A stretch of 64,000 bases of DNA from Planctomycetota bacterium (GTDB lineage Bacteria > Planctomycetota > B15-G4). The DNA is taken from positions 64,001-128,000 of the forward strand of contig JBBQUR010000007.1 of the NCBI GenBank assembly GCA_038212275.1. The letters run 5' to 3'. Positions 55,754-64,000 of this stretch are shown here, one piece after another. The first letter of the stretch is position 1; each line of letters starts with the position of its first letter. A model generated the notes under the pieces. That model worked only from the letters and a program-made list of their open reading frames with translations. It did no database searches and had not been told where the DNA came from. The position numbers and the translations under genes were made by a program.

Positions 55754-57040
55754 TTGACTTCGCTCCACAACAGGCCTGAGGCCGCGCTCACCATTCTGCA
55801 CGCCGTGCCGCACCTCGATCGCGTGGGCGGTTGCGAGCGGCAGGCACTGCTGCTGGCCTGGCACCAGATGCAGCAGCCGGCAGGTGCCTCCCGCGTGAGG
55901 CCCATGCTGCTCACCCACCAGCAGCTGGACGTCGCACCGCCGCAAGACTCACCAGCTTCCCCGCCCGGATCACCGCTCGCCGCGTCGCCACTCTCCCCGC
56001 CCGTCTGGCGGCTCGCGCGGGGTCTGCGACGTTACCACCCGGGTGCGTGGTGGCGGAATCACGGGTCGGAGGTCGCGCTCGTCCACGCCCACGCCGTGCA
56101 CAAGCTGTGCGGGCAGGTCGTCGCGCTGGCCGCTCGCGACGACGTGCCGAGCCTCGTCAAGGTGGCCACGCCCGAGGACATCGAGCTCTTCGCCGAGCCG
56201 GATCGGTGGCGGCAGTTCATCGAGGCCGATCAGGACCCGGCGCACTACGGACCGCGCTGGCGCTGGATGGCCGCGCTGACCTGGCGGCGCCTCCAGCGCA
56301 GCAGCGCCTTCCTCGCGCTCAACGACGACATCGCCTCCCGGCTGACGTCCCGCGGCCTGAACGTGGAGCGCATCCGCAACGCGGTGGACTGCGAGCACTT
56401 CCAGCCAGTCGACGCCGACGGGCGCGCTGCGGCCCGCGCGGCGCTCGGAGTTCCTCCGTCCACGCCGTGCCTCGCCGCCGTCGGGCGGCTCGTGGCGCGC
56501 AAGGACCTGCGCTGCGTGCTCGACGCTCTCGCCGCACTTGGCGAGCGCGGACCGGCGCTGCTCGTCTGCGGCGACGGCCCGCAGGCCCCCGAGCTGCATC
56601 GCGCCGCACGGCAACTGGGCATCGAAGGCCGCGTGCACTGGCTCGGTGAGACGGCCGACGTCCGCGGAGCGCTGCGCGCGTCCGATGCCTTCGTGCACGC
56701 CTCGCGCAGCGAGGGTTGCCCCAATGCGCTGCTCGAAGCGCTGGCGTGCGGACTGCCCGCGGTCCTGTCGGACATTCCAGGCCACCGCGATGCCGACGTG
56801 CTGCCCGGGGATGCCGCGCTGCTCTTCCCGGCCGGCGACCACGCCGCACTGACAGCAGCACTCGCGCGGCTCTTCGAGGACCCGCTCGCGCGCCTCGCAC
56901 GCGGCGCCGCGGCCCGCGCGACGGCGCTGCATCACTACGCGCTTCCCGTCGTCGGGGCGCGGATGGAACAGCTCTACGTGCGCCACCTCGCGCAGCGGCC
57001 GACCGTGAACGGACGCGCGCACGGCCGCGAGCAGGCCTGA
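55754..57040 (+). CDS. Glycosyltransferase family 4
   Basis: GGCERQ, IRNAVD, VGRLVARK, SRSEGCPNALLEALACGLP; start uncertain. Confidence 0.9.
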   Translation: MTSLHNRPEAALTILHAVPHLDRVGGCERQALLLAWHQMQQPAGASRVRPMLLTHQQLDVAPPQDSPASPPGSPLAASPLSPPVWRLARGLRRYHPGAWWRNHGSEVALVHAHAVHKLCGQVVALAARDDVPSLVKVATPEDIELFAEPDRWRQFIEADQDPAHYGPRWRWMAALTWRRLQRSSAFLALNDDIASRLTSRGLNVERIRNAVDCEHFQPVDADGRAAARAALGVPPSTPCLAAVGRLVARKDLRCVLDALAALGERGPALLVCGDGPQAPELHRAARQLGIEGRVHWLGETADVRGALRASDAFVHASRSEGCPNALLEALACGLPAVLSDIPGHRDADVLPGDAALLFPAGDHAALTAALARLFEDPLARLARGAAARATALHHYALPVVGARMEQLYVRHLAQRPTVNGRAHGREQA

Positions 57041-57061
57041 GCCGCGTGATGTCGCGGCGGC

Positions 57062-57125
57062 GGCAGCGTGGCGGCGTGGCGGCGTGGCGGCGTGGCGGCG
57101 TGGCGGCGTGGCAGCGTGGCGGCGT
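57062..57125. repeat. 8-bp tandem repeat GGC(G/A)GCGT x8 between convergent genes
   Basis: Read directly. Confidence 0.95.
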
Positions 57126-57152
57126 CGCCGCGGAGCCGCAACGCCGCGGCGC

Positions 57153-58790
57153 TTACTCCCGCAGCGGCCGTCCCGCATCCAGCGCAGCCCATCGCAGCCT
57201 GTTGGCGGCGATGAATTGCTCGTGCAGGCTCGCCGAGAGGTCGCGTGCGAGAGCCACGGCATCGGCGGCATGCACGGCGGCATCGGACAGGCGGACCGAG
57301 GCCGGAGCCGGCGGCAGCGCCGGCCCCTGCACCACAGCCTCGGGCGGCGCGACGCCGGACGACACCGGCCGTTGGCGCCTGCACAGCGCGAGCAGCGCCG
57401 ACGTCGCGGGCTCGTCGAGCTGCGCGCCGGCCCGCATCTCGACGACGCCGCGCACGACCGGTGCGGTCTCGGCGACCAGAGGCAGCACGGCCGACACCGT
57501 CGACTCCACCTGCATGAAGAACTCCACCCACTCGAACTCCGCGAGCAGCGTGACGAGTTCCTGCAGCTCCGCCGCGGGCGCTGACCCGGACTCGCCGTCG
57601 GCGGACGCCACGGGAGAGATCGGCACCGAGAAGAGCGCCAACCCGTCCGGCGACAGCACCCGGCGGACATCGCTCACGAGCGCCGCGCGATCGGCCAGGT
57701 CCGCCAGGCCATGCGGGCACAACACGAGGTCGGCGCTCCCGTCGGGCCGCTGCGCGAGATCCGCGCCAGGTCCCACGGACGACACGGCCAGTTCCCTGGC
57801 GCCGGCCGCAAGCCACGTGCGCGAGGCGTCGGTCGCGAGGCCGGCGGCAGCGGCGCGTAGCTCGAGCACGCGACGACCGGCTGCGAATTGCAGAGCGAAG
57901 GATTCACGCGCACCCGCCCTGCCGGTGAGCCGGCCCCCCCGCGTCACCGCATCCGTGGCGCGTGCGGCTGCGGCGCGCAGCACGAAACAGCCGCTGATCA
58001 CGCGCAACGCCTCCTCGGCGAGGCCCTGCTGTTCGCGGTGCAGCCTGGGACGAAGCTCCGCGAGATAGGCCTCGTCCGCGAAGAGATTGGGCGCAAAGTC
58101 GATGATCTGAAAACCGGCCTGCTCCATGGCCAGTCCCAAGCCGACGTGCCGCCAGCGGTTGCCGCACTCGCCACGGCTGTGCCGGAACTCGCGCTGGAAC
58201 TCATCCTCGGCGAGCGTGAGGTATTCGAGCGGACGCGAGAAATCGCGGTGGTCGCGGAAGTCCACCTGGTGGATGCCGCAGCCGCCACGACGCGTGATGC
58301 GTGCCAGACTCTGAAGCGCCCGCGGCACGTTCTCGACGTGCTCGAACACCGCATTGCTCACCACGATGTCGAAGCTGCCGGTGAGCACGCCATCCAGCTC
58401 CTCGACACCGACGTGCAGCGGCGTCAGCGCCGGGGGCACGAACTCGCCGGCCGCCAGCAACGCGAGCAGCGGCTCGGGCGAGAGCTCGCGATGCTGCGTC
58501 GACAGTCGCGTCAGCAGCGAGCGCAGGAACGCGGGGTGGTAGTCCGGATCCCAGGCCGCGAGATAACGGTCGGCCGCGGTCACGTGCGCGCCGTGGCATG
58601 CGAGCAGGATCGCCGTGCCCAGCGAGTAACCGGGGCCCAGTTCCAGCACGCGGCGGCCGACAAGTCCGGCCGAGCCACCGGGCACGCGCTGCACGTACGA
58701 ATCGGCGATGGACAGCGCGTAGTCGACGTCGCGCGCGATGGCCTCCGCGCTGTGGTCCTGCTTGCGATAGTTGACCGGGACGATGGACAT
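57153..58790 (-). CDS. Class I SAM-dependent methyltransferase with second degenerate MTase domain
   Basis: RVLELGPG, FDIVVSNAVFEHV, HQVDFRDH; second RRVLELRAA...ADLVLC...VRRVLSPDG. Confidence 0.85.
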   Translation of the reverse strand: MSIVPVNYRKQDHSAEAIARDVDYALSIADSYVQRVPGGSAGLVGRRVLELGPGYSLGTAILLACHGAHVTAADRYLAAWDPDYHPAFLRSLLTRLSTQHRELSPEPLLALLAAGEFVPPALTPLHVGVEELDGVLTGSFDIVVSNAVFEHVENVPRALQSLARITRRGGCGIHQVDFRDHRDFSRPLEYLTLAEDEFQREFRHSRGECGNRWRHVGLGLAMEQAGFQIIDFAPNLFADEAYLAELRPRLHREQQGLAEEALRVISGCFVLRAAAARATDAVTRGGRLTGRAGARESFALQFAAGRRVLELRAAAAGLATDASRTWLAAGARELAVSSVGPGADLAQRPDGSADLVLCPHGLADLADRAALVSDVRRVLSPDGLALFSVPISPVASADGESGSAPAAELQELVTLLAEFEWVEFFMQVESTVSAVLPLVAETAPVVRGVVEMRAGAQLDEPATSALLALCRRQRPVSSGVAPPEAVVQGPALPPAPASVRLSDAAVHAADAVALARDLSASLHEQFIAANRLRWAALDAGRPLRE

Positions 58791-58795
58791 GGCGC

Positions 58796-60406
58796 TCAAG
58801 CTCCGCTCGCCGCGGTGGTGCCGGCAGCGCTCGAAAGGCCGGCCCGCTCGGTGCGCCCGGCGCCCTCTGCGGCAGGGGCAACGGGCAGCGGCGCGATGCG
58901 CGACAGGCCGCTCCAGCGCGACGCCGGCTCGTGGAGGACGTCCTGCACGTGGTCGGCGCAGGTGACGGCGAACGCGAGGCAGCGGCTCTCCGAGCACAGC
59001 AGGTCGTCGTTGCCGAAGTGTTCGTAACCGGGCGACACGCCGAGCTTCAACCAGTAGCGGCCCGCGCCGAGTTGCAGCGAAGGAAAGGCGACCTCGATCG
59101 AGAGCGTGCCCTCGACGAGATGCACCCGCGTGCGGTCCGGCCGGCCCGCGCCGTCCAGCGCGCAGACGTTCGTCGTCGTCGCGACATGCACGTTGCGGTC
59201 GTTCCAGATCATGAGGCCGACGTGCACGTCGCGCTTGCGCAGCCGGCTCTCGAGCACGATGCGCACGCGCGCCGGGCGACCCGTCGCGATCTCGTTCGTG
59301 CGTCGACCTTGCTCGTCCAGGAGCGTGATGCCGGCCAGGCGCACGAGCCCGAGCTGGCACACGGCCGGCGCACCCGAGAAATCGATCGGCTGCCAGCAGC
59401 CTTGTTCGTCCAGCCACTCGCCCTGGCCGTTGCTGCGCCCGCGCGCCTCCGGGTCGAAGGGCAGCAGCTCCGACACGTCCCGCGCAGGCAACCAGCTGTC
59501 GGGCCACGCAGGGGCCGACGCCGGCACGGCGTGCGCGGCGATCACGACTTCAGGCGTGGCGTCTGCCCGAGGTCCGTCCGCGCGATCCCCGGTGCCGTGA
59601 TCATCGGCCGCACGCTCGGCACCCGCGCCTGCCGCGGGCGGCGTGCCGACGGACGACACGAAGTCGCGGCCGAGATCGGCCTCGTAGCTCTTGCACACGG
59701 CCAGCGGCTCGCCGTCGGCGACGAGTCGCCCGCCGCGCAGGTAAAGCACGCGATCGCACAGCCGCTCGAGGAAATACAGATTGTGCGAGACGATGAGCGC
59801 GGTCGTGCCGTGGCTGCACAAGTCGACGATGTGCTGCGTGCACTTGCGCACGAAGGCGCCGTCCCCCGTGGCCAGCGCCTCGTCCACGATCATGATCTCG
59901 ACCGGCATGCAGAACGCGACGGCGTACATGAGCCGCGACTTCATGCCCGAGCTGTACGTCCGCAGCGGCTGGTCGATGACGCGCCCGAGCTCCGAGAATT
60001 CGATGACCCAGTCGAGGCGTGCGAGCAGTTCGGCGCGCGCGTAGCCCATGCACAGGCCGCCCATGAGGATGTTCTCGCGGCCGGTGCACTCCTCGTGGAA
60101 GCCCGTGCCCAGTTCGAGCACGGCGCGCAGCCTCCCCGCCAGCGTGAAGCTCCCGCCGGTGTGGTCGAGCGTGCCCGAAAGGATGCGCAGCAGCGTGCTC
60201 TTGCCGGCGCCGTTCGCTCCGACGATGCCGACGCGCTCACCGCGGCCGACCGTGAAGCTCACGTCGTCGAGGGCCAGAAACCTTCGATGGCGGGGCCGAT
60301 GCAGCAGCGCTTCCCGCAGCGCGTCGAGCGGCGTGTCGTACACGCGATAGGCCTTGCACAGGCCGCGCACGTCGATGGCGGGAACGGGGTGCACGACGTC
60401 GCTCAT
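58796..60406 (-). CDS. wzt: Polysaccharide ABC exporter ATP-binding subunit with Wzt C-terminal domain
   Basis: [31 protein letters not shown]-terminal beta-sandwich. Confidence 0.92.
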   Translation of the reverse strand: MSDVVHPVPAIDVRGLCKAYRVYDTPLDALREALLHRPRHRRFLALDDVSFTVGRGERVGIVGANGAGKSTLLRILSGTLDHTGGSFTLAGRLRAVLELGTGFHEECTGRENILMGGLCMGYARAELLARLDWVIEFSELGRVIDQPLRTYSSGMKSRLMYAVAFCMPVEIMIVDEALATGDGAFVRKCTQHIVDLCSHGTTALIVSHNLYFLERLCDRVLYLRGGRLVADGEPLAVCKSYEADLGRDFVSSVGTPPAAGAGAERAADDHGTGDRADGPRADATPEVVIAAHAVPASAPAWPDSWLPARDVSELLPFDPEARGRSNGQGEWLDEQGCWQPIDFSGAPAVCQLGLVRLAGITLLDEQGRRTNEIATGRPARVRIVLESRLRKRDVHVGLMIWNDRNVHVATTTNVCALDGAGRPDRTRVHLVEGTLSIEVAFPSLQLGAGRYWLKLGVSPGYEHFGNDDLLCSESRCLAFAVTCADHVQDVLHEPASRWSGLSRIAPLPVAPAAEGAGRTERAGLSSAAGTTAASGA

Positions 60407-62379
60407 GGCGCGAGTGCCTCCGGTTCGCGACGGTCGCGCGTCGCGCCTGGCGCATGCCCCGTCCGCGCCGCCGACGACTGCCCGGACGGCTCGTGGCGCG
60501 GCTGCGCAGCCGGCGCCGCGACCGTTCCGTGCGACGACCCGAGCAGCGTGGCGTAGTGCCGCAACGTCTCGTCGAGCATGCGCTGCAGGCCGAAGCGGTC
60601 ACGCACGAAGGCGTGACCGGCGCGCCCCATCTCCTGGCGCCGCACCGGATCGGACATCACCATGAGCACGCTGCGCGCGAGGCCCTCGGCGTCATCGCTG
60701 CGGTGCAGGAATCCCGTGGCGCCGTCGGCCACCGCATCCGGGGCGCCACCCACCGCCGTCGCGACGGGCGGACACTGCAACCACTGCGCCTCGAGCAGCA
60801 CGTTGGGCGTGCCCTCCACGGCGGAGGTGAGCAGCAGCGCATCGGCTGCGGCGATCAGGGCGGGCACATCGCGACGCTGACCGAGCAGCGACACCACGTC
60901 GTCCAGACCGCGAGAGCGAAGCATCCGCTCGAACTCGCCCTGCAACGGCCCGACGCCTGCAAGTGCGACCTTCAGCGAAGGCAGCTGCCGCTGGACCCGC
61001 GCCACGACGTCCAGGAAAAGCTCGGGCTGCTTCTCCGGAGCCAGCCGGAACACGCCGAGGAGGAGGGGCGCGCCATCCGGCGCGAGTCGTGCGCGCAACT
61101 CGGCGATCTCGGAGGCGGGCGGCGCGGCAAGCGCCGCGAGGTCCACGCCGTTGCGGATCACCGTGAAGCGCTCGCGCGGCAGCGCGAGCCAGCGCGCATA
61201 GTCCTCGGCACCCTGCTCCGAGTTTGCGCAGAAATGCACCTGCGGCAGCGTGGCGAGGAACGCGTACCACGGGTCCATCCACGACTGGTAGAAGCTGGGA
61301 AAGTGCGTCGGGTTGACGTTGCGCGTGGAGAGCACCACGTGCGGCATGCCGACCAGCGCGGCGGCAGCCGCACCGACGATGTTCGGGTAATCGAGCCAGC
61401 AGTGCAGCACGTCGGGCGGATCGGCGAGCAGTTCGCCGCACAGGTCGAGCACGGGGCTGCGCAGCACCTCGGGCAGGGCCCCGACGACGTCCGGCCCGAT
61501 GTCCAGGGCACGCAGGCGCGCGGCCACTCCGCGGCGCTCGACCAGGCCGGCCACCGAGGTCGGCACGCCGCCCTCTCGCAGCAGGTGCAGGTAGTGCGCA
61601 TTCTCGTCGGCGAGCGGGTAGGTGGTCAGCACGCGCACGGCATCTCCGCGCCGGCGCAGCGCAAGCGCGAGATTGCAGAGCTGGCGTTCGGCGCCGCCCG
61701 AGTTGAGCTGGCCGATGTAGAGCAGCACCGAGCGGCGTGCCGCAGCACGCGCTGCTCCGCCGGCGGTAGCGCCAGCGCCTTCCCGGCCCGGCAGCTCCCG
61801 CACGCCCACGCGACTGATGTGCGCTCGCCACTCGATTTCCCCGGGAAACGCAAGCGCATTGCGCTGCCTCAAGGCGAGGTGCGCGCTGCCGCGCAGCATG
61901 CGCCGTCGGTACCAGGCCATGGGACCGGAGCCACGCCAGTGCTCTGCAACGCGTGCAAGCGGCTTCGTCCACGCGACGCGCCGCATGCCCGACACGCGCC
62001 AGCCGGAGCCGTCACGCCACGCGAGCTGCCGCACGCCGTGGCGCGCGAGCTGCAGCAGCACGCGACCCGACGTGCCGGCCACGCCGTCGAGGAGCACCGC
62101 GCGCGTGAACGTGCCGTCGAGGTCCTTGAGCGTGGCGGCTGCGAGCGTGGGCGGCGGTCCCGGCTGCAGGCGGCCGAAGCTCACGCCCAGCGCCTGCGTC
62201 CGCGCCGGCGCACCGCTCACCACGAGCAGTCGCGCCGGAGAAGGGAACAGCGCGCGCGCCTGCCGCGGGGACAGAGTGCCCGTGGTCAGGACGACCCAGC
62301 CGGTGTCCGCAGGCAACGGAGGTTCGCCGGAGCTGCCGGTCTGCATCGCACGGACGAGCTCCGCATAGCAGCCCATCAC
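60403..62379 (-). CDS. Glycosyltransferase family 4
   Basis: GGAERQ, IRNGVD, FRLAPEK, EGTPNVLLEAQ. Confidence 0.9.
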   Translation of the reverse strand: MMGCYAELVRAMQTGSSGEPPLPADTGWVVLTTGTLSPRQARALFPSPARLLVVSGAPARTQALGVSFGRLQPGPPPTLAAATLKDLDGTFTRAVLLDGVAGTSGRVLLQLARHGVRQLAWRDGSGWRVSGMRRVAWTKPLARVAEHWRGSGPMAWYRRRMLRGSAHLALRQRNALAFPGEIEWRAHISRVGVRELPGREGAGATAGGAARAAARRSVLLYIGQLNSGGAERQLCNLALALRRRGDAVRVLTTYPLADENAHYLHLLREGGVPTSVAGLVERRGVAARLRALDIGPDVVGALPEVLRSPVLDLCGELLADPPDVLHCWLDYPNIVGAAAAALVGMPHVVLSTRNVNPTHFPSFYQSWMDPWYAFLATLPQVHFCANSEQGAEDYARWLALPRERFTVIRNGVDLAALAAPPASEIAELRARLAPDGAPLLLGVFRLAPEKQPELFLDVVARVQRQLPSLKVALAGVGPLQGEFERMLRSRGLDDVVSLLGQRRDVPALIAAADALLLTSAVEGTPNVLLEAQWLQCPPVATAVGGAPDAVADGATGFLHRSDDAEGLARSVLMVMSDPVRRQEMGRAGHAFVRDRFGLQRMLDETLRHYATLLGSSHGTVAAPAAQPRHEPSGQSSAARTGHAPGATRDRREPEALAP

Positions 62380-64000
62380 GCGCCTCCCGCGGAAGCGTCA
62401 GCGGTCGTTCCCGTCGCAGCCGCCGGCGACGGGGCGAGCCGGGGCTCGCTCAGCGCCATCGGGTCCCTCGGAACGAGCGGCGCGGTCGCCGGGATCGCGG
62501 CCTGGCTGCGGAGCCACGCCTCGAGCATGAGCACCGTCCACGTCTGGAAGATCGAGAAGCAGCCGGGCTGTCGCTGATGTTCCACGAACTGGCGCAGGCC
62601 ATCGCGGTCGAGAATATCGCCGGCGCGGCCGTCGCGCGCGAGCAGGAGCTCGTCGCACAGGTTCAGCATTTCTGAGGAGGTCCACGCCCCGCCGGGCAGG
62701 CCGAAGCCGAGCTTCCTGCGCTCGCAGTGTTCGCGCGGCAGATAGCGCGCGGCGAGCGTTCGCAGCACGGGTTTGGACAGGCCCTGCTGCCACACCAGCT
62801 CCGCGGGCAGGGACTCCGCGTGGCGGGCCACCGCGACGTCGAGCAACGGGCAGCGAACCTCGAGCGCGAAGGCCATGCTCATGCGATCCACCTTGGCAAG
62901 CACCGCGCCCGGCATGTAGGTGTCCGCGTCGATCTCGCGCAGGCGGTGGATGAGCGGACGGCTGTCGTCATCGATGCGCGCGGCCCAGCTCTCGAACAGG
63001 CCTCGTGCGTGCGCGAAGCCGGCCGGGCCGGTCAGCGCGCCGACCTCGTCGGGCGAGAGCATGAACCAGCGCGGCCCGCAGTAGGCCTCGCCGGCCTTCC
63101 AGGCGCGGCGCTGGCGCAGCAGCCACAGCGTGCGGCGCCTCCAGTCGGCCTCCTCGTCGAGCGTCTCGCGATAGCGGCCGTAGCCGCCGAAGAGTTCATC
63201 GCCGCCATCACCCGAGAGCGTGACCGTGACGTGCTCGCGCGTGAACCGGGACAGCAACCACGTGGGCAGGCAGGAGCTGTCGCCGAGCGGCTCGTCGAGG
63301 GCCGCCGCGATGGCGGGCAGCAGGTCCAGCGCGGCGGGCTTCAGCAGTTGCTCGTGGTGCTCCGTGCCGAGCGCCTCCGCGGTCTGTCGCGCCAGCTCGT
63401 GTTCGGATTCCGGCGAGCCTTCGAAGCCGATGCTGAAGCTGTGGAGCGGGCGCCCCAGCTCGCGCGTGACCATCGCGCAGACGAGCGCCGAATCGATGCC
63501 TCCGGAAAGGAAGGCTCCCAGCGGCACGTCGCTGCGCAGGCGGCGCTCCACGGCGCCGAGCAGGACGGGGAGCAGCTCGTCCGCGGCGCGCTCCAGGGTG
63601 TCGGCGCCCGTGCGCGCGTAGGGCGTGCTGGCCACGTGTCCGCCCTGCGGCTGCCAGCGGAAGTGCCGGCCGTCCGTGCGCTGCGGCGACTGCCGGCCGC
63701 AGTCGAAGGCCAGCCAGCTCCCGGGCAGCAGCTTCTCGCAACCGCGCCAGATCGTGCGCGGCGCGTGGATGTACTGCAGGAGCAGGTATTCCGACACGGC
63801 GTCGGGATCGATCTCCGCGCGGAAGCCGGGGATCGCGCGGAAGGCGCGCAGTTCCGACGCGAACGCGACATAGCCTCGGCCCTGCGCCCAGCCGTCGCTC
63901 ACAGCGACATGCAGCGGCTTCTTGCCGAACGGATCCCGCGCGAGGAAGAGGCGGCGCGTCGTCGCGTTCCAGGTCGCGAAGGCGTACATGCCCGAAAGGC
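62376..64000 (-). CDS. asnB: Asparagine synthase (glutamine-hydrolysing)-family amidotransferase, 5' end beyond window
   Basis: LARDPFGKKPL, SDVPLGAFLSGGIDS, LSGDGGDELFGGY, KVDRMSMAFALEVRCP. Confidence 0.93.
   Translation of the reverse strand, partial: LSGMYAFATWNATTRRLFLARDPFGKKPLHVAVSDGWAQGRGYVAFASELRAFRAIPGFRAEIDPDAVSEYLLLQYIHAPRTIWRGCEKLLPGSWLAFDCGRQSPQRTDGRHFRWQPQGGHVASTPYARTGADTLERAADELLPVLLGAVERRLRSDVPLGAFLSGGIDSALVCAMVTRELGRPLHSFSIGFEGSPESEHELARQTAEALGTEHHEQLLKPAALDLLPAIAAALDEPLGDSSCLPTWLLSRFTREHVTVTLSGDGGDELFGGYGRYRETLDEEADWRRRTLWLLRQRRAWKAGEAYCGPRWFMLSPDEVGALTGPAGFAHARGLFESWAARIDDDSRPLIHRLREIDADTYMPGAVLAKVDRMSMAFALEVRCPLLDVAVARHAESLPAELVWQQGLSKPVLRTLAARYLPREHCERRKLGFGLPGGAWTSSEMLNLCDELLLARDGRAGDILDRDGLRQFVEHQRQPGCFSIFQTWTVLMLEAWLRSQAAIPATAPLVPRDPMALSEPRLAPSPAAATGTTADASAGGA

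Overview
Very GC-rich bacterial chromosomal segment, probably from an uncultured Planctomycetota lineage (inferred from the ECF/Ser-Thr-kinase/FGE-domain module, Thr-type sulfatase-like proteins and orphan secreted proteins). About 50 genes. Housekeeping: kdsA 3' end, acsA, GH3/NagZ-like, PTS IIA, pcrA/uvrD, acpS, arfB, queG, argR, RidA, split glutamine-dependent NAD synthetase. Signalling: an ECF sigma with two tandem kinase-TM-FGE receptors, an ECF with a zinc-finger/TPR anti-sigma, a FliA/WhiG sigma, and a minimal cheW-mcp-cheA-diguanylate cyclase cluster. An accessory patch at about 7-11.6 kb holds Fic, a beta-helix protein, a GIY-YIG nuclease and gene remnants; part of it is bracketed by a diverged duplicate of the 3' end of a catalytically degenerate LysA-like gene. 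The right end is a surface-glycan locus (asnB-like, GT4, Wzt, double methyltransferase, GT2, sulfatase-like) containing four copies of an unrecognised His-rich ~70-aa domain. No tRNA, rRNA, CRISPR array, integrase or transposase was recognised. All calls are from motif reading by eye; no database search was run.
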